A DNA stretch of 64,000 bases from the human T2T-CHM13v2.0 reference genome, Homo sapiens. The position numbers were made by a program, and so were the translations under genes. Location: the NCBI RefSeq assembly GCF_009914755.1, contig NC_060928.1; one strand, 5' to 3'. The notes beneath the pieces are model-generated. The model was not told where the DNA came from, did no database searches, and saw nothing but the letters and a program-made list of their open reading frames with translations. This document shows positions 1-15,473 of this stretch, one piece after another (position 1 is the first letter of the stretch; the number at the start of each line of letters is the position of its first letter).

Positions 1-41
1 TGCAGGAAAAATAAAATAAAATTTAAAAACAAACAAAAAAA
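1..41 (-). other. Candidate 3' splice site (polypyrimidine tract + CTGCA[G]) of a minus-strand intron, cut by the window edge
   Basis: The minus strand reads TTTTTTGTTTGTTTTTAAATTTTATTTTATTTTTCCTGCA up to base 1. The final G of the AG would be position 0, which is not visible. Confidence 0.45.
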
Positions 42-956
42 CCCACCATGGTTATCTGAAAAACCTGATGTAACTCTTATTCAATATCATTTATGCTAAC
101 TAATTCTTCTCATCTTCCTTCTTCTCAAATGAAAAATTTACTTCACTGTATTCACAACTCTGGATTTTGGCCATCAAGGATTATGAAACTAACTTAGTAA
201 ATCTCAACCAACACTTTTTTTTTTCAAATGAAAGAACTAGATTAGGATAAAAATATATTGCATTACAAATAGATGGGGTAAATTTTTGTTTCAATTATAT
301 ATGTGTAAAGGCATACTATGATAGGATAGGAAATGTATTTCTTATCGTGAGTTTCTGTTAGAAAATGTATGGAAATTTCTGATTTGGTAAAGTGAGATGA
401 ATTTTATTTCCCTTTAACTGAATTCCTATTACATTACAAGGCTTATCTCTACAGGTGGCTGACAACTTTATCTTAATGGTAACCTGATCATCTCTGTTTA
501 AAATTCATGTCTCCTTTAAGTAGCACCCCAGTCAAATTCTAGGACCTCTTATTTCCCTGTAAGTTTCCCTTCCTTTCTCTTTTCTGAGGTGAGCTAATCT
601 TAGGGGGCCTTGCATATGGTCCTGGCATTCTGAGAAGAATGCCTGTTAGGCCTGATTTTCTCTATCCTTTTTGGCAACTTCTGAGGGTTCATTCATCTTG
701 ACTAGTCCCTGTCTTGGTGGTCTGACACCTTCTCCTGAAATTTCTGACACCATCATGACCCATTTTCATTGTCTATATACTCTCCTACCCAGGATGATGG
801 TAAACACACTGCTCACGCTTAAATACTTTAATACCCTCTTTCGAGGCATGGGGGAATACTCTTTCTCATCTAACGAAGTGCAACTTTTGCAGATCAAAGG
901 CATTCAGACTCTGTTTGTGCTACGTGCTTATAAAATTTATTTAGAAATGTATTCTA

Positions 957-1735
<779 letters not shown>

Positions 1736-1885
1736 TTCTGAGTTGCATCTGTGTCCTCCCTCTTGGCAGTGTATAAAAAAGCAAATGCTGCACCAAAATC
1801 ATGGTTAAGTGCAATAGCACAAGAAAAGGCAAAGAGAAGCAACTTTAAAAACATCTCTTCATATAATCTTGCCACAGTAACATAG

Positions 1886-3540
1886 ATTTTTTGAGGTACG
1901 ATTTACATATAATAAAAATATACCCATTTTAAGGGTACAGTACAATAAATTTTGACAAACGCATTCAGTCATATAACCACCACCACTATTAAGGCACAAA
2001 TGAATTCACTGTCTCCATATTATCTCCTCCTTACTCCTAGCCCTTGATAAACACTGATCTGGTTTCTGTAACTACTGTTTTGCCTTTTACAGAATTTCAT
2101 ACAAATACAATCACACATATGCCATCTTTTGCACTTGTGTTATTTCAACTAGCATAATGATTTGAGATTTGTTCATCTTGGTACATATGTGGGAGTTCGT
2201 TCCCTTTTATTATAAGATACATTTCATTGAATGGGTATAATACACATTTTTTTTCCTTTTTTTTATTATTATTATACTTTAAGTTTTAGGGTACATGTGC
2301 ACAATGTGCAGGTTAGTTACATATGTATACATGTGCCATGCTGGTGTGCTGCACCCATTAACTCGTCATTTAGCATTAGGTATATCTCCTAATGCTATCC
2401 CTCCCCCTCCCCCCACCCCACAACAGTCCCCAGGGTGTGATGTTCCCCTTCCTGTGTCCATGTGTTCTCATTGTTCAATTCCCATCTATGAGTGAGAACA
2501 TGCGGTGTTTGGTTTTTTGGCCTTGTGATAGTTTACTGAGAATGATGATTTCCAATTTCACCCATGTCCCTGCAAAGGACATGAACTCATCATTTTTTTA
2601 TGGCTGCATAGTATTCCATGGTGTATACGTGCCACATTTTCTTAATCCAGTCTATCATTTTTGGACATTTGGGTTGGTTTCAAGTCTTTGTTATTGTGAA
2701 TAGTGCCGCAATAAACATATGTGTGCATGTGTCTTTATAGCAGCATGATTTATAGTCCTTTGGGTATATACCCAGTAATGGGATGGCTGGGTCAAATGGT
2801 ATTTCTAGTTTTAGATCCCTGAGGAATCGCCACACTGACTTCCACAATAATACACATTTTTTATTCATTCACAAGTTGATTTAGGTTGGATCTGGTTTAG
2901 GGCTATTATTTTTAAAAGCTACTATATGAATAGAGTACCCATTCTTTTCTGGACATATGCTTTTATTTCACTTTGGAAAATACTTAGGATTGGGAATGCT
3001 GTTATGGTAAATATATAATTATATAATAAACTGTCAAACTGTTTCTTAAAAGATTATATCATTTTGCATCCCCACACCAATACATGAGAGTTATAATTGC
3101 TCTACATCTTTACCATATCTCAGCATTGTAGATCTTTTGATTTTTATCCATTCTAGTGGGTTTGTAGTAGTACTCCATCACAGTATGAATTTACATGTCC
3201 CTGATGACTGTGATATTGGGGATCCTTCTATGGACTTCATGCATTTCTTATATCTTCTTTTGTAAAGCATGGGTTCAAATCATTTTAAAATCAGGTTATC
3301 CTCTTCTTACTCAATTGTGTTATTTATCAGACATAATTTTATAATATTGTCTCCTAATCTGTGATTTACCTTTTAGTTTCTTAACATTTTTCAATGCTGG
3401 GTGCATTTTTCCTTGTTATTGTTTCTTTGTTTTTGCTCTAAGAAATCTTTGCCTCCTCAAGACTACAGAGATTTTTTTATTATAATTTCTCTAGTTTTGT
3501 AGTTCAAGTGCTTAGCTTAATGTTCAATTTAGAGTTAATA
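1886..3540 (-). mobile_element. Old L1M (L1MB/MC-type) 3' fragment, interrupted by a young L1PA
   Basis: Antisense L1M 3'UTR/ORF2-end sequence (GATTTACATATAATAAAA...CCCATTTTAAG, CCCTTGATAAACACTGATCTG) that resumes after 2863. Confidence 0.75.
2253..2848 (-). mobile_element. 5'-truncated young L1 (L1PA2/3-like), about 600 bp
   Basis: Near-consensus L1PA 3'UTR and ORF2 C-terminus (ORF 2680-2868: SVWRFLRDLKLEIPFDPAIPLLGIYPKDYKSCCYKDTC). TSD ATAATACACATTTTTT at 2237-2252 and 2847-2862. Confidence 0.95.
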
Positions 3541-4340
3541 AAAAGGCCTTTTAAAAAAAAATAAATAAAGCTATCCAAACCTCAGACCAATGTAGAATCT
3601 GTCTCACAGAGTCGTTGTAATGCTAGTAAGTCATAACTGTTAAATAATTATTAGCCATAGATATCGATGCTTACCTCTAGAACAAATCCTCTCAGAGCAC
3701 GGAAGGAAATTCTGAGTTAGAAAGGCAATCTTAGCAGAAAACGTTTTAAACATTACCGAAAAAATGTAAACTTACATAGGAACTACAAATAAAGCCCATT
3801 CACCAATAGGACACATCTGAAAATTCTGAATGAAACCAGGCATTCTTAACTTCTTAAACGTCATTCCACAAATCTTCTTTCTAATCTTCCTCAAATCTAA
3901 ACTGATTTGTTTTATCTTAGGACTGAATATTCATGACAGACCAAAGATGCTTTGTTTGATACCGTTTGATTTCTATAATTATATTCTGTAAATATGTCTA
4001 GAAATTGGCACAAAACTGAGAAGGAAATCACAGAAAAAGATCAGAATATTTTTTCCTACTGCTTTTCCTTAGAGAAGAATCTATATAATCTCTTACATCT
4101 TTAGACATCAGTAGGTTTCAGGTATGAAGAAGGTTAGCTACTTCTTAATAACTCAGGAGCAGAGTACAGCATAGAGTCCAGACAAACATCCACAAAGATA
4201 ATTGTAGTACTTTTCCTAGGATTACCTGGTGGCTTATCAATTTGTGCACAAACCTAGAGCTACAAATGGAAGAGGGGCTAATTCCCATAGAAAATTAATG
4301 TTAACTGTTTATGTATTTTTTTTTCTTCTGACCTTTCCAG

Positions 4341-4409
4341 GTGAGAGTTGGGTTTTCCAGAGCCCAGTCACAAGAAATTTACCTATTGATCCTCTGACGA
4401 AATGCAATG
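4341..4409 (+). other. Candidate plus-strand exon (69 nt)
   Basis: TTTTTTTTCTTCTGACCTTTCCAG acceptor and ATG|GTAAGC donor, in unique sequence. Confidence 0.3.
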
Positions 4410-4519
4410 GTAAGCTGTGCTAAGTAAACTGACCCAGCTCACCCTAACTTGTAACTGCACTGCAATGCTTGAAACGCAGCGAAAATCCTACAGCATGTTC
4501 CCTTGTTCTCTGAACTCAC

Positions 4520-4563
4520 CTGCCCATTGCGTGCAAGAAAAAGCTGGATTCCTTCTCGGTCTA
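4520..4563 (-). CDS. Candidate first exon of a minus-strand gene: short 5'UTR, then ATG GGC AG (M-G-R/S, phase 2). The 5' boundary is uncertain.
   Basis: The minus strand reads TAG ACC...CAC GCA ATG GGC AG|GTGAGT. ATG at 4527-4525 has -3 G and +4 G. An in-frame TAG lies 12 codons upstream. The donor CAG|GTGAGT is consensus, with intron bases 4519-4514. Confidence 0.5.
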
Positions 4564-4780
4564 GTAAATGATTTTCTTGAATGATGCAACCGGCTTATCT
4601 AGTGGGTTATCTCTGGACCTGTTCACAAGCTGACAAGTATTTGCAGGGATGTACAGTCATGCTTTCTGTTCCTCAAACTGTAATGTGTTTGTAAGTGAAA
4701 AATGATGAGTATGATGTGGATCCGAGCTGGTAAATCACCCCATTATGATGTGGTCTCCTCTTTTGATCTGACCTGAGGCC
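4561..4780 (-). promoter_or_regulatory. Candidate tissue-specific, non-CpG-island promoter
   Basis: Unique sequence with clustered motifs: HNF1-like GTAAATGATTTTC (4564-4576), C/EBP-ATF element TGATGCAAC (4582-4590), two TTATCT/AGATAA GATA sites (~4595, ~4607), and nuclear-receptor half-sites (TGGACC, TGACCT). Confidence 0.4.
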
Positions 4781-6706
4781 TGAAGCAGGAGAATTTATTT
4801 ATCAGGGGCAAATGAATTCTGACTCAGATAAGTGTGACAGAATGTAAGGTCTTCATCGATGCATTGATTCAATTTTTCAATAAATATCCATTGATCTTTT
4901 ACTAGGTACTTTTCTAGCCCCACCAGAGAAAAAGACAAAATCCCTTTCCCCATTGGGTGGGTTTCTGACAATTCGTATATACTAAGGATGACAATGAACT
5001 TTTAGTGCTTTTCTTCATGCTATGAGACATAACATGCAGGTCGATGACTTTATCTTAATTCCTTTCCACAAACTATACTTCCTTACCCTCTAGTCCTTGG
5101 CAAATAGGGTAAAATCTTAAACCAAGAGAGATTCTAGCACATAGCCCCTCAGTCCATGCATTCTCTTTGTGCAGGGGAATTTAGGAAGGAATTGGTCTTG
5201 ACATGAGTAAAAAGACCAGATCCTGAGGCAGACTCCCCTCCAAAAGAGATTGAATTTACTGGATTGTGCTTATTGCTTTCAACTCAAGAAGCAATACTTC
5301 CCTTAAGTAGTCCTCTAAGTTTAAAGTGGAACTCAGCATATCTCCTTTTGGCTCAGATGTATCAACTTTTCTTCACCACTTTCACTCTGGCACTCACATC
5401 TGGCAGTATTCAAGCTGGTGGCTAATAGAATCAAAATGATAACGTAAAAATGGACCGTCGGTACACCTCACTTCGTGTTTGGCACTGTTTGTTCATCTGT
5501 GGAACCACTTCATATTAACAAAGATGAAACTTTAAGCTAAGTCTAGAAATTCAGTATAAACCTCAGAGATCCTTGAGTCATAGTCTAGATAAATCTGTGT
5601 GCCTGAATTACAGGTGCATGAAATAAAGCATGAGAGACCAGGATTTATCAAATGCTCACAATGAAAAAGCAATTCCTGTGGAAAAGCAATTCATATATAC
5701 ACACACATGTACACACACACATAAATTAGGCAGATCTAGATGAAGAAAAGAAAATAACTGCTCCCTTCCAGGACCATGCCCTAAACCTGAGGCTACCATG
5801 AACTCACCCATGTGCAGCTCCAGCTCTTGGAGGAGGCCTCACCTTCCTCATCACATTGCTGGATATTAAACAAATACTTTGGGATGAAGGAGACAAACAA
5901 GAGTATCAACACTACTACTTAATGGTCCATATGTATCTAGAAGACCTGGTTGGAAGGAAGATGGTGAAAGAGGGAAAAGCACAAACATACTTGTGCCATA
6001 GTGATGCACACTTTGCCTGCCTCCCTTCAGGACACCAAGATGCACATCAAACAAAATCTTCAAAACTGAAATTCAATCTCAAATAATATTCAATCTTGTA
6101 TCAGAGTTACCCCTGAAATACTCAACCTTTCTAAGTTGATCCATTGGGATAAAGCAGGGAGTAGAAAGTCGAATCATAGCCCCAAAGATAAAATTCCCCT
6201 AAAAGCCAGTCATAAGAGGCAGTTCAAATGTAAGATATGAGACTAGATTATCCATACTGGTTCATTATCCCCAAACAATGACACACCTGGTTTTTGAAAT
6301 CTGCATAGTACCTTTGTTTTTACAGACAATGTTTGAGATCTAGACTAATGTCTGTGGGTCTGTTCCCATGCCAATCTTTTCAACACAAATCATTTTGGAA
6401 AAACAAGTAATGTTGAATGAAAACTGCTTTTGACCCATGGGAATACTTACGAGCTACTGAAATATTTTAGCCGGTGAAATCTCATGAAGTTTTCTGAAAC
6501 TATAGTGATTGTTCTCAAGTTTGTGAAGGTATATTTTGGTTAACAATGCTCATTTCTCTGTGTTAGCTGGCAACAAGCTTGTTAGGAAATGCATCCTCAC
6601 TTTCATCTATGTCCAAAACTGACATTATGCTTTGGCGTGGCCTCTGAACTAATTGCTGTATACACAGGGTGATTTTTATGCTCAGCAGTAGTGTGATGAG
6701 GGGAAC

Positions 6707-7290
6707 TATTCACTCATTGACCAAACACTTGTTGAGCTCCTAACAAATGCATGACTGGGATACACAGTAGCAAGGAAGATGGACAGGCCCACTGGTTTCA
6801 TTGAGTTTTCAGACCACCAACAGGAGAAATAAAATAAACAATAAATAAACAACAAACACAAATGTCTGATTGCAGTAAGTGCTGTGCAGAGAATAGAACA
6901 ACTGGATGACTAAGTCACCGGGTGACTACTTTTGACTAGGTGGTCAGGAAAGGCCTTTCTGAGGAAATGACATTTGAGCAAATACTTGAATGACAAGAAG
7001 CACTCAGACATGCAAAGACTCCAGGTAAAGTGAGCAACAATTATGCTTTAAGTGGAAAGAGTTTTGTGTAATCAATTTTTTAAAAAATCAATAAAATGAC
7101 CATCAACAATAAAAAGTTATGGCTGCTCCTGGAGCAGAGTATTCATGGAGATATGAGAGATCAGAGTAGGCAAGGGCCCCATGTGGAGGCCTGCTAGGCC
7201 TTCTGCCCATCACAGGAGTTTGGATTGTAGTCTAAGTGCAGTGTGAAGCCGTTGGAGCAATTTAAATAAGCAAGTGATATGCTGGGATTT
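6707..7290 (-). mobile_element. L2 fragment
   Basis: ATTCACTCATT...CACTTGTTGAGC end; GGTCAGGAAAGGCCTTTCTGAGGAAATGACATTTGAGC; GAGTTTGGATTGTAGTCTAAG. Confidence 0.8.
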
Positions 7291-9270
7291 ACTATATAAC
7301 ACATATAGAAAACATACAATTTGGAAAAAAGAGGAATAACTCCTGCCACCAAATCCAAACTCCCCATAATAAAACAAACTAGTCTTTCTATTAATTAACA
7401 TTTTCTTTAAATTATCTCCAGCATAAAGCATCCTCCCAGTATACATATATGCACAACCTAAACACATGATGTGTCCACAAATGGCCATTCATTACATTCA
7501 CCAAAGGGCAAATGCAAATGCAGGATGATTCTTCCCAAATCCTGGCATTTGCTTCCCATGAAGGGAGTTCAAACTGCATACTCATGAATCTCTCTTAACA
7601 TCTTTACTCATTTCATATTTAGAGAGATGACTGACTTATCCAGTAAATTTGGAAAAATTACTGGGTATGCCTGGCTCAGCTCCCAGGTATTCCTGATGAG
7701 AGTGAATCTAGCCATGGAGAGTAGAAATTCTGCTTTGTGCCTCCTTGGGAAAAGCATTCCCTAGACAGTCCCATCCTGTGGCCCACCTTGCTGTGACTGG
7801 AGTGGTTCTTCCTAAATCTGAGTTCAACATTAGCAAGTCCACTTGGGTTAACAAATCTAAAGCCCAGTACTCTAACCTAATCTCTCTTAGGAAGACAATG
7901 ATAATTTAGCCTTCATGTCTATTACTTTTCAACTTATTCAGAAACAAGATGGGAAATATGAAGTATCACTTTCACTGAGGATTGGGACCTACTGAGAACA
8001 CAGCACCTCTTAGGTTCTATCAAAGATATGAAGGAAGAAGTATATACACTGTCTTTACTGAGAAAATTCACAATGTTTTCTAATAAAATATTAAGGCTTG
8101 CTGACAAGAAAGCAGATTCTCAGACAGAATAGAAAACAAAAAAGCAAAGAAACATTAAAACAAAAAAGCAGAGAAACAAACTGACCAGTTTGGAGTCTCC
8201 CAAGACTCTACCACATGCTCTATAAAGAACTGGACAATCACACAAGGTAGAAACAGAGGAAAGGACCAATGGAAAGAATGCCCACTTTTGCACTCTATAT
8301 AGAATGAAAGACAACATTCTTCTTTTCTGGTCATTGACTCTCATTGTCTTCCAAATATTGATCTGTAAGCTTTGACTCTGAACATTGTTTCCATCTCAGT
8401 TATTCTCAATTCTGTGTTTACCAGACTCCTTCTGCCACACCAAACAATGGGAGTGTGCTGCTACTCTTGGTTCCTTTTCTCAAACTTTCGCAATGCCCAT
8501 TGAATGTAATACATTGCTGAAGCTCTGTTGCATGACATTTGAAAGATGGCCATGTAGCATTCAAAGCCTGTTTCCATTCTCAACCCAAAGAATAGAATCC
8601 CTCCTTTGTAACTTCCTACCTAACTCTCATGTGGAAAAGGTGAGAGATACACAGATGAATTTAAATTCATGTCTAAAAAATGAAACTTAGACATAATGGA
8701 GACATATATGGTAGAGAGAGATGATTTTGTCAGCCTTACAATGAAATGGAACACAGATCTCTTCATCTTCACTATGGGAAATAAAGTCCAGAGTCACTCG
8801 CTGGTATGATATCTGAATGAGTTAAAGAGCAACGTACGCTTGATTTGCCCCCATATATTTCGAACATTTGTTACTTTTTTCAAGTGAAATTTAAAAACAC
8901 CTTATCAAATTTTAGACTCAATTTTAGGTCAAATATAAGACAAATAGGTGCAATAATGTATTATTTAGGAGCTCTTTGTAACAGTTTTTATTTTTTTTTT
9001 TTGTTTTTGTTTTTTACTTCTTGGGTATTTCAAGTTTCACAATGGAGTGCTTCTCAGCCCAAATGTGTAAGGCAATTATAACATCTAATAGTACATACCT
9101 GGTTGTACTTGATCCTCATTTTGTGAGACTTCTATAGAACACTCACCCAAGGAATTTGGCTACCCTATTGGACCCATTTCAAGAAAAATGAAATAGCAGT
9201 GATCCTAAGTTGCTGACAATATTTTTTCCTACTCTAAAACTTATAAAGAAAGTCTTAGAAAGGATTGTCT

Positions 9271-9876
<606 letters not shown>

Positions 9877-10711
9877 AGAAAGGATGTTTTTCCTGATAGT
9901 ACCCATACCCAACAGGTTAAGACAAGAGTAGTGTAGGTGTTTGAATTAAAAAATTGAGGTGAATTTCCTGCATGTCACAGGTTGTAAGTGAGCTTGCACA
10001 AACCACTGTATAAACCATTACCCCCACAACTGAAGTTAATTCCCTAATTGTCTCCTCCTCCAAGTTCTGGGGAGTGAATCAGCCATTTGGCATTCTTCCC
10101 TACTTCTGACTGACTCAGAAGTACTTCCGTCACAACTGCCACACATTTTTGAAAAAGAAGGAGTGGAGTTGTTATATGAGTCATAAGAGAATGAGAAACA
10201 GGAGTGAGGTGAAAGGTGAGGTCAATATCCCAAATGCATTTCAAAAGAGGTAGTCAAAGGATAAAAAAGATGTTTTACACTAGAAACTTTTGAAGATATT
10301 AGTAACTAAACAGACTTTTGATGACTACTCTTTACTTTTGAAAGGTCATCTTTCTTAACCTTCAAAAAACACACAGATATCCACATACAAAGAGAGACAG
10401 AAAAATAAAGAGAGAGATCTGATTCTCTTCTCAAACACCTTATTGAAAATACACTTTTCCTATGATTTTCTTCATCCTTATTCTATCATATGGCTAAATT
10501 TAACGTTCCAAATCATTGGTTATAGATAAACTAAATGAAATCAGGCTTTTCAACTCCATGGTTGGCCATTGAACAATGTATGGTCTTAGAATAATTAAAC
10601 TCCAAGAGCACAGTTTGGTTATTGATAAGAAAAAGATTTTTTTTTTTAAAGTTTAACCGGAACCTAATTTTCAGCAGAGCACAGGCAAATTGATTTCTTT
10701 TTTATTTACAG

Positions 10712-10844
10712 GTAATTTAGGATTTTCAAAATAATGTGATAAAAGATGGGCCCCAGGGTAAAACCCAGTAGATCGGATAACAGTATAAAAATCACTGACC
10801 ATACTCAGCAAAAAACATTAGTTCAGCACTGGCCAAAGCCACAG
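10712..10844 (+). other. Candidate plus-strand exon (133 nt)
   Basis: TTTCTTTTTTATTTACAG acceptor and CAG|GTGAGA donor, in unique sequence. Confidence 0.25.
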
Positions 10845-11139
10845 GTGAGAGATTTAGCCAGTAAGTCTCCACAATATTTTGGAAGATATTTATGAGCCTC
10901 TTGGGACCCATGTCAAATAAAACCTTGTTTACAAATCTGTAATAATGTTAGTTAACTTTTTAACTCCCAAGAAAAGTTTCAAAAAGTGCTGCCTTACCTT
11001 TATTATATTTGAAGTAGATATATCCAATTTTCTACGATTCAAGGCCTGATTGGATACTAAATTTATGGAGGAATAGACAGACTATTCCCAGGGGATTTTT
11101 TTCTCTACTGTTTGTAGCATGGGATCTTATGAAGAGCAA

Positions 11140-11390
11140 TTGAGCACTGTGGTCAGTAGCACCAGCTCTTATAGCAGCTTGCTTGGAATGGAATCCTACT
11201 TGGAATGGAATCCTACTTTGCCTTCTCCTTACTCCATTCCATTAGACGGTTTTCCACTTCTCTGTGCCTTACTTTCCCTGTCCTTAAAATAAAGATAGAG
11301 ACAATACTTATTTGATAGTGTTGTTATGGAGATTAAATATAAAGTACTCAGAACAGTGTCAGACATATTAAAAACTCTTTGAAAATGTAC
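11140..11390 (+). mobile_element. MIR with an internal 17-bp tandem duplication
   Basis: MIR core CTTCTCTGTGCCTTACTTTCCCTGTCCTTAAAAT...GAGATTAAAT...AGAACAGTG. CTTGGAATGGAATCCTA occurs twice at 11182-11215. Confidence 0.7.
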
Positions 11391-14300
11391 ACTACAAAAA
11401 CCATGGGTTTTTGACCTTTTCCAGGTTATGCAGATGCAGAGCTGAGACTTGAACCCACACCTCTGAAACCCCTGACCTACAGGCTCAGACGTGCTCACTA
11501 CCATTACCCCAGAGCTAGGTGCTGTGTGAATAATTGTCATGCTGAGTAATTAATGAAAATTAATTTAGTACCTCTGCCAAATTGGAAAGTTTTACTTGAA
11601 ACTTGAAATGAGCTTTCTCTTTACTTTTTTTTTTTTTTAATATAAGGGTTTATGGAGTAAGTGAAATCTTATGAGATACTTAAACTTGTAAAATAGAAAA
11701 AGCTGCAAATGAGTAAATGCCTGGAGTACTGACTTTAATACCATGACTAATAGATGATTGTTCTTTCAGGACCCATTTTGCCTACAGGCTTCTAAGCCTT
11801 TAAAGGGCTGCTCTGGAGGCCATGGTTCTACTGGTAACATAATCATATTTTCTGTCTCAGTAAATTGACAGAGCTACAAAGCAACAGAACAATGTCATTA
11901 ACTACTGTTACAGCCTCTGGGTCTCAGCAAATATTTGCTGACTTGTGACAATTGGAGACCTCATTCATTTACTCAGAGTCATCACCATCTTTTCAGGTTG
12001 CCACAGTCTCTTTCCTCAAAGTCATCTTTGACCCAAAAAGTGGAAGTTGGCTATGACACAAATTGCTAGCAAAACAAGATGGAATTTTCAACTGTTACAG
12101 GATAAGACAAGTAAGAGATAGATGTGATGAAATGCAAGTCCTGGAAGCGAAGGAATGGTGTAAAATGTCACTTACTGCAAGATTCCTTCTTTGTTTGACT
12201 CACTCAGTTGAAATGGAGGCCATTACATTTCACATTCTGGTGGCCTAGGGGCACAGCCCATCATGAAATCTTGCAGGAAACTCTCTGTTCAAGTGACCCG
12301 TGAGTGCCACTTTGGGGTCTAGAATGTGACTCATTCTTCCATACATAGTTTTTGTGTAAAGAAAATAAATTAATATATAACAAACATGTTTAATTTCCAC
12401 TGACCCCACCCTATCCTAACTTCCCAGAAATTTTAGCCTAACCTTGAGTTCTCATATGAATTGACTCTCCAGGTGCAATGACTATTATGACAAAATCTGA
12501 GTAAGAGTTTGTACCACTGTCCCTCCACCCTAAAGGGATTTACTTACATAGAAAGTCTAAAAACTGATTACTCCATTTGTTCCAGGAGACAACCTCCCAC
12601 TAGACAAATGATGACTTGATTTGAAAAGCACTTTTAAAAAGAAGTCTGCCCTTCAGTGAAGGCAACCCAACTTAATAGTAATTATCCTTATCAGGGACCC
12701 AGTGACCAGATTCTACATATTTACCAGGTCTCTCAAGATACCTGCATAACTATTTACTAAAGGTTCTGCCTGGAACAATCACAGGGTATAAAATTCATAA
12801 TTGTTGCTGTGTATAGAATCCAAATAAAAAGAAACAAACCTATCTCCTTGGAAATATAAGTAGTGATGGAAATATAAGTAGTCTTAAAATACTGTCAAGA
12901 ATGGGCACTTAAGTGATTTAAGAATGAACCAAAGATTTTATGTTGAGTGTATTAATATAAAGTCATATGTGCCTAAAATAAATTAAAGAGCACAAAATAG
13001 TATTGCCACAATGATGCAGAGTGCACGAACAGTGACAAAGGTTCCAATGAACTGACAGTTATAGGGAGAAATAATTAATTTCCACACTTTATGAAGTTTT
13101 TTCTATAATGTACATGATTTACAAATTAATATATAATTGGAAAATCAATATATTGTAGGAGAGTTCCATAAAGTGTGGAATTTTATTATGAAAAACTGGT
13201 GAATGTGATTGTTTAACCAGTCACTTCTCTTACATTGCAAAGATCCACTGTTACATAGCTCATATTCATTCCATATGGGCTTAACCTTGCTCTCCTTGAT
13301 TTACAGTCTAGTGAGGATTTAGTCAAGTTAACAGGCAATACCTTGTAAGTGCTACGATGTGGGGCGTGCACAGAGGACTGAGGGAACACATAAGATTCAC
13401 ATGTCATAGGTTCCAGGTAGCTCACTAGAGAAGGGAACTCTTAATGATGATGTAGAAGTTAATTGGCAAAAAGACAGAAGTTAATAAAAGGGAAGGAGAT
13501 ATTCCTAGAAGATGGAAAGGGAAATACCTGGAATGAGGAAAACATAGCTTTGGATATGCTCAAGGATGCCTATTTTAAAATGTCTAAGCTCAAGTTGTAG
13601 AGTATTCTGCCATGACCTACAAGATCACAATCGCAGGAGAAGCAGTTGGCAGCTATCTTTATCTGAAGGAGGTATGCTTGATTTAAAGATTATCAACTGA
13701 CACATCAAGAATACAATTAAAATATCTATAATAATACCAAATAATTATAAAGATATAAAGTTAAAAGTTAAACATCTCATTCAAATACTATTAAATGTAG
13801 CATACAAAAATAGTCCAATCATCCTAATGTGTTAACATCTCTAGATCAGATGTTACCTACAAAGGAAACAACAAAGTTCCTCTGAAGAGTGTTTTGTGAA
13901 TTCTCTTTGTCAAGTTAAATCTTTCCTTATTCAGAATCACTCAAGCAGTAGGTATTATTATGCACATATGCTAGATAATAGGGAATTGAATGGCACTGTT
14001 TTTTGGTGGAAAAGGAGATTACATTTTTCTTGGGTAAGGAGGTCAATTTACATAAAGAGTGAATAGTTAATAAAAGAGCAATTAATACAGTTAGAAACTG
14101 CAATATTTGCTCTATAGATTATCAGTGCTAGAATACTGATGACTTAGTAAGCTATGTTTTCCTTGAAAAAGAAGATTTTATAGAATGAGTGGAATTTGAA
14201 TTGGAGAGAGAAACTGGGGAGTAGATTCTAGACAAAGAAAAAGGTCAGAGGAAAGCTTCAGAGGCAGGTGCTGTCATGGTATATACCTGTGTCTGGGGGC

Positions 14301-14491
14301 CTGTCTAAAGCCAAGGAGACATTTGAGAAGTAGAATCTAATTGCTATGAATTGGTATGCTGCGATGAGATAATAGAGAAATTTGAAAAATAGAAGCCATC
14401 ATTTAGTTGGATACTTTAAGGACAAAATTCTTAGAATGGATACGGGTTTCTTTTTGGGACGATGAAAAAGCCATAACATTAAATAGTGGTG

Positions 14492-14571
14492 ATAGTTATA
14501 TTGAGGAGTATTGAATTGGAGAACAACATTCATAGTTACATTGAGGAGTACTGAATTGGAGAACAACATTC
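14492..14571. repeat. 40-bp tandem duplication (2 copies, 2 mismatches)
   Basis: ATAGTTA(T/C)ATTGAGGAGTA(T/C)TGAATTGGAGAACAACATTC twice, next to a short L1M 3' fragment (~14437-14498). Confidence 0.95.
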
Positions 14572-15097
14572 AATGGTTAGTCTAGTAATCTTATGAAAGA
14601 AAAACAGAGAATGAAAAAAATCCACAGCCACTGGGGTCAATAGAGACACATTTCTATTTAGATATGGATGAGTGGCAGGATCTTACATGCAAAATAAAAA
14701 TCAAGAACTGATACCAAAGGCATTTCAAAAGAAAAAAATGAAAAAAAAAAATCCCTTGAGCATACTAATTGGATAAAGGTAAGAACATAGAAGGCAAGGG
14801 TGAGTTGGAAATGCCTGAGTAGCTATGTAAATAGTGGCTTCAATTGGTGGAGGCGGAAAGAAAAATGGAGTGAGAAGAGTGATGACTTTGTTTTTGTTGC
14901 TGTTGAGCTTAGGATAATGAGGTATTTAAGTAGAAATGTTTATTTAGATGGTAAAATAAAAGCCTATAGATCAAGCGAGAGCACAGGTATGGAGTTACAG
15001 GTGACATTGTTACATGAGTATTTCTAAGGAAAAAGAACAGTGATTATTTTAACCTTTTCTTTCCAACAGAATTTTTACTTCAAACAAACCTAAACCA

Positions 15098-15473
<376 letters not shown>

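Noticed and set aside
42-62. Minus-strand micro-exon TTTTCAG|ATAACCATG|GTGGGT
   Set aside because: The intron to the acceptor at base 1 would be only about 48 nt, too short for a typical human intron.
4700-4777. C/D-box snoRNA-like pattern (ATGATGA ... CTGA, ~70 nt)
   Set aside because: There is no terminal stem and no guide sequence I can recognise; such short boxes occur by chance. An Rfam or snoscan hit would overturn this.
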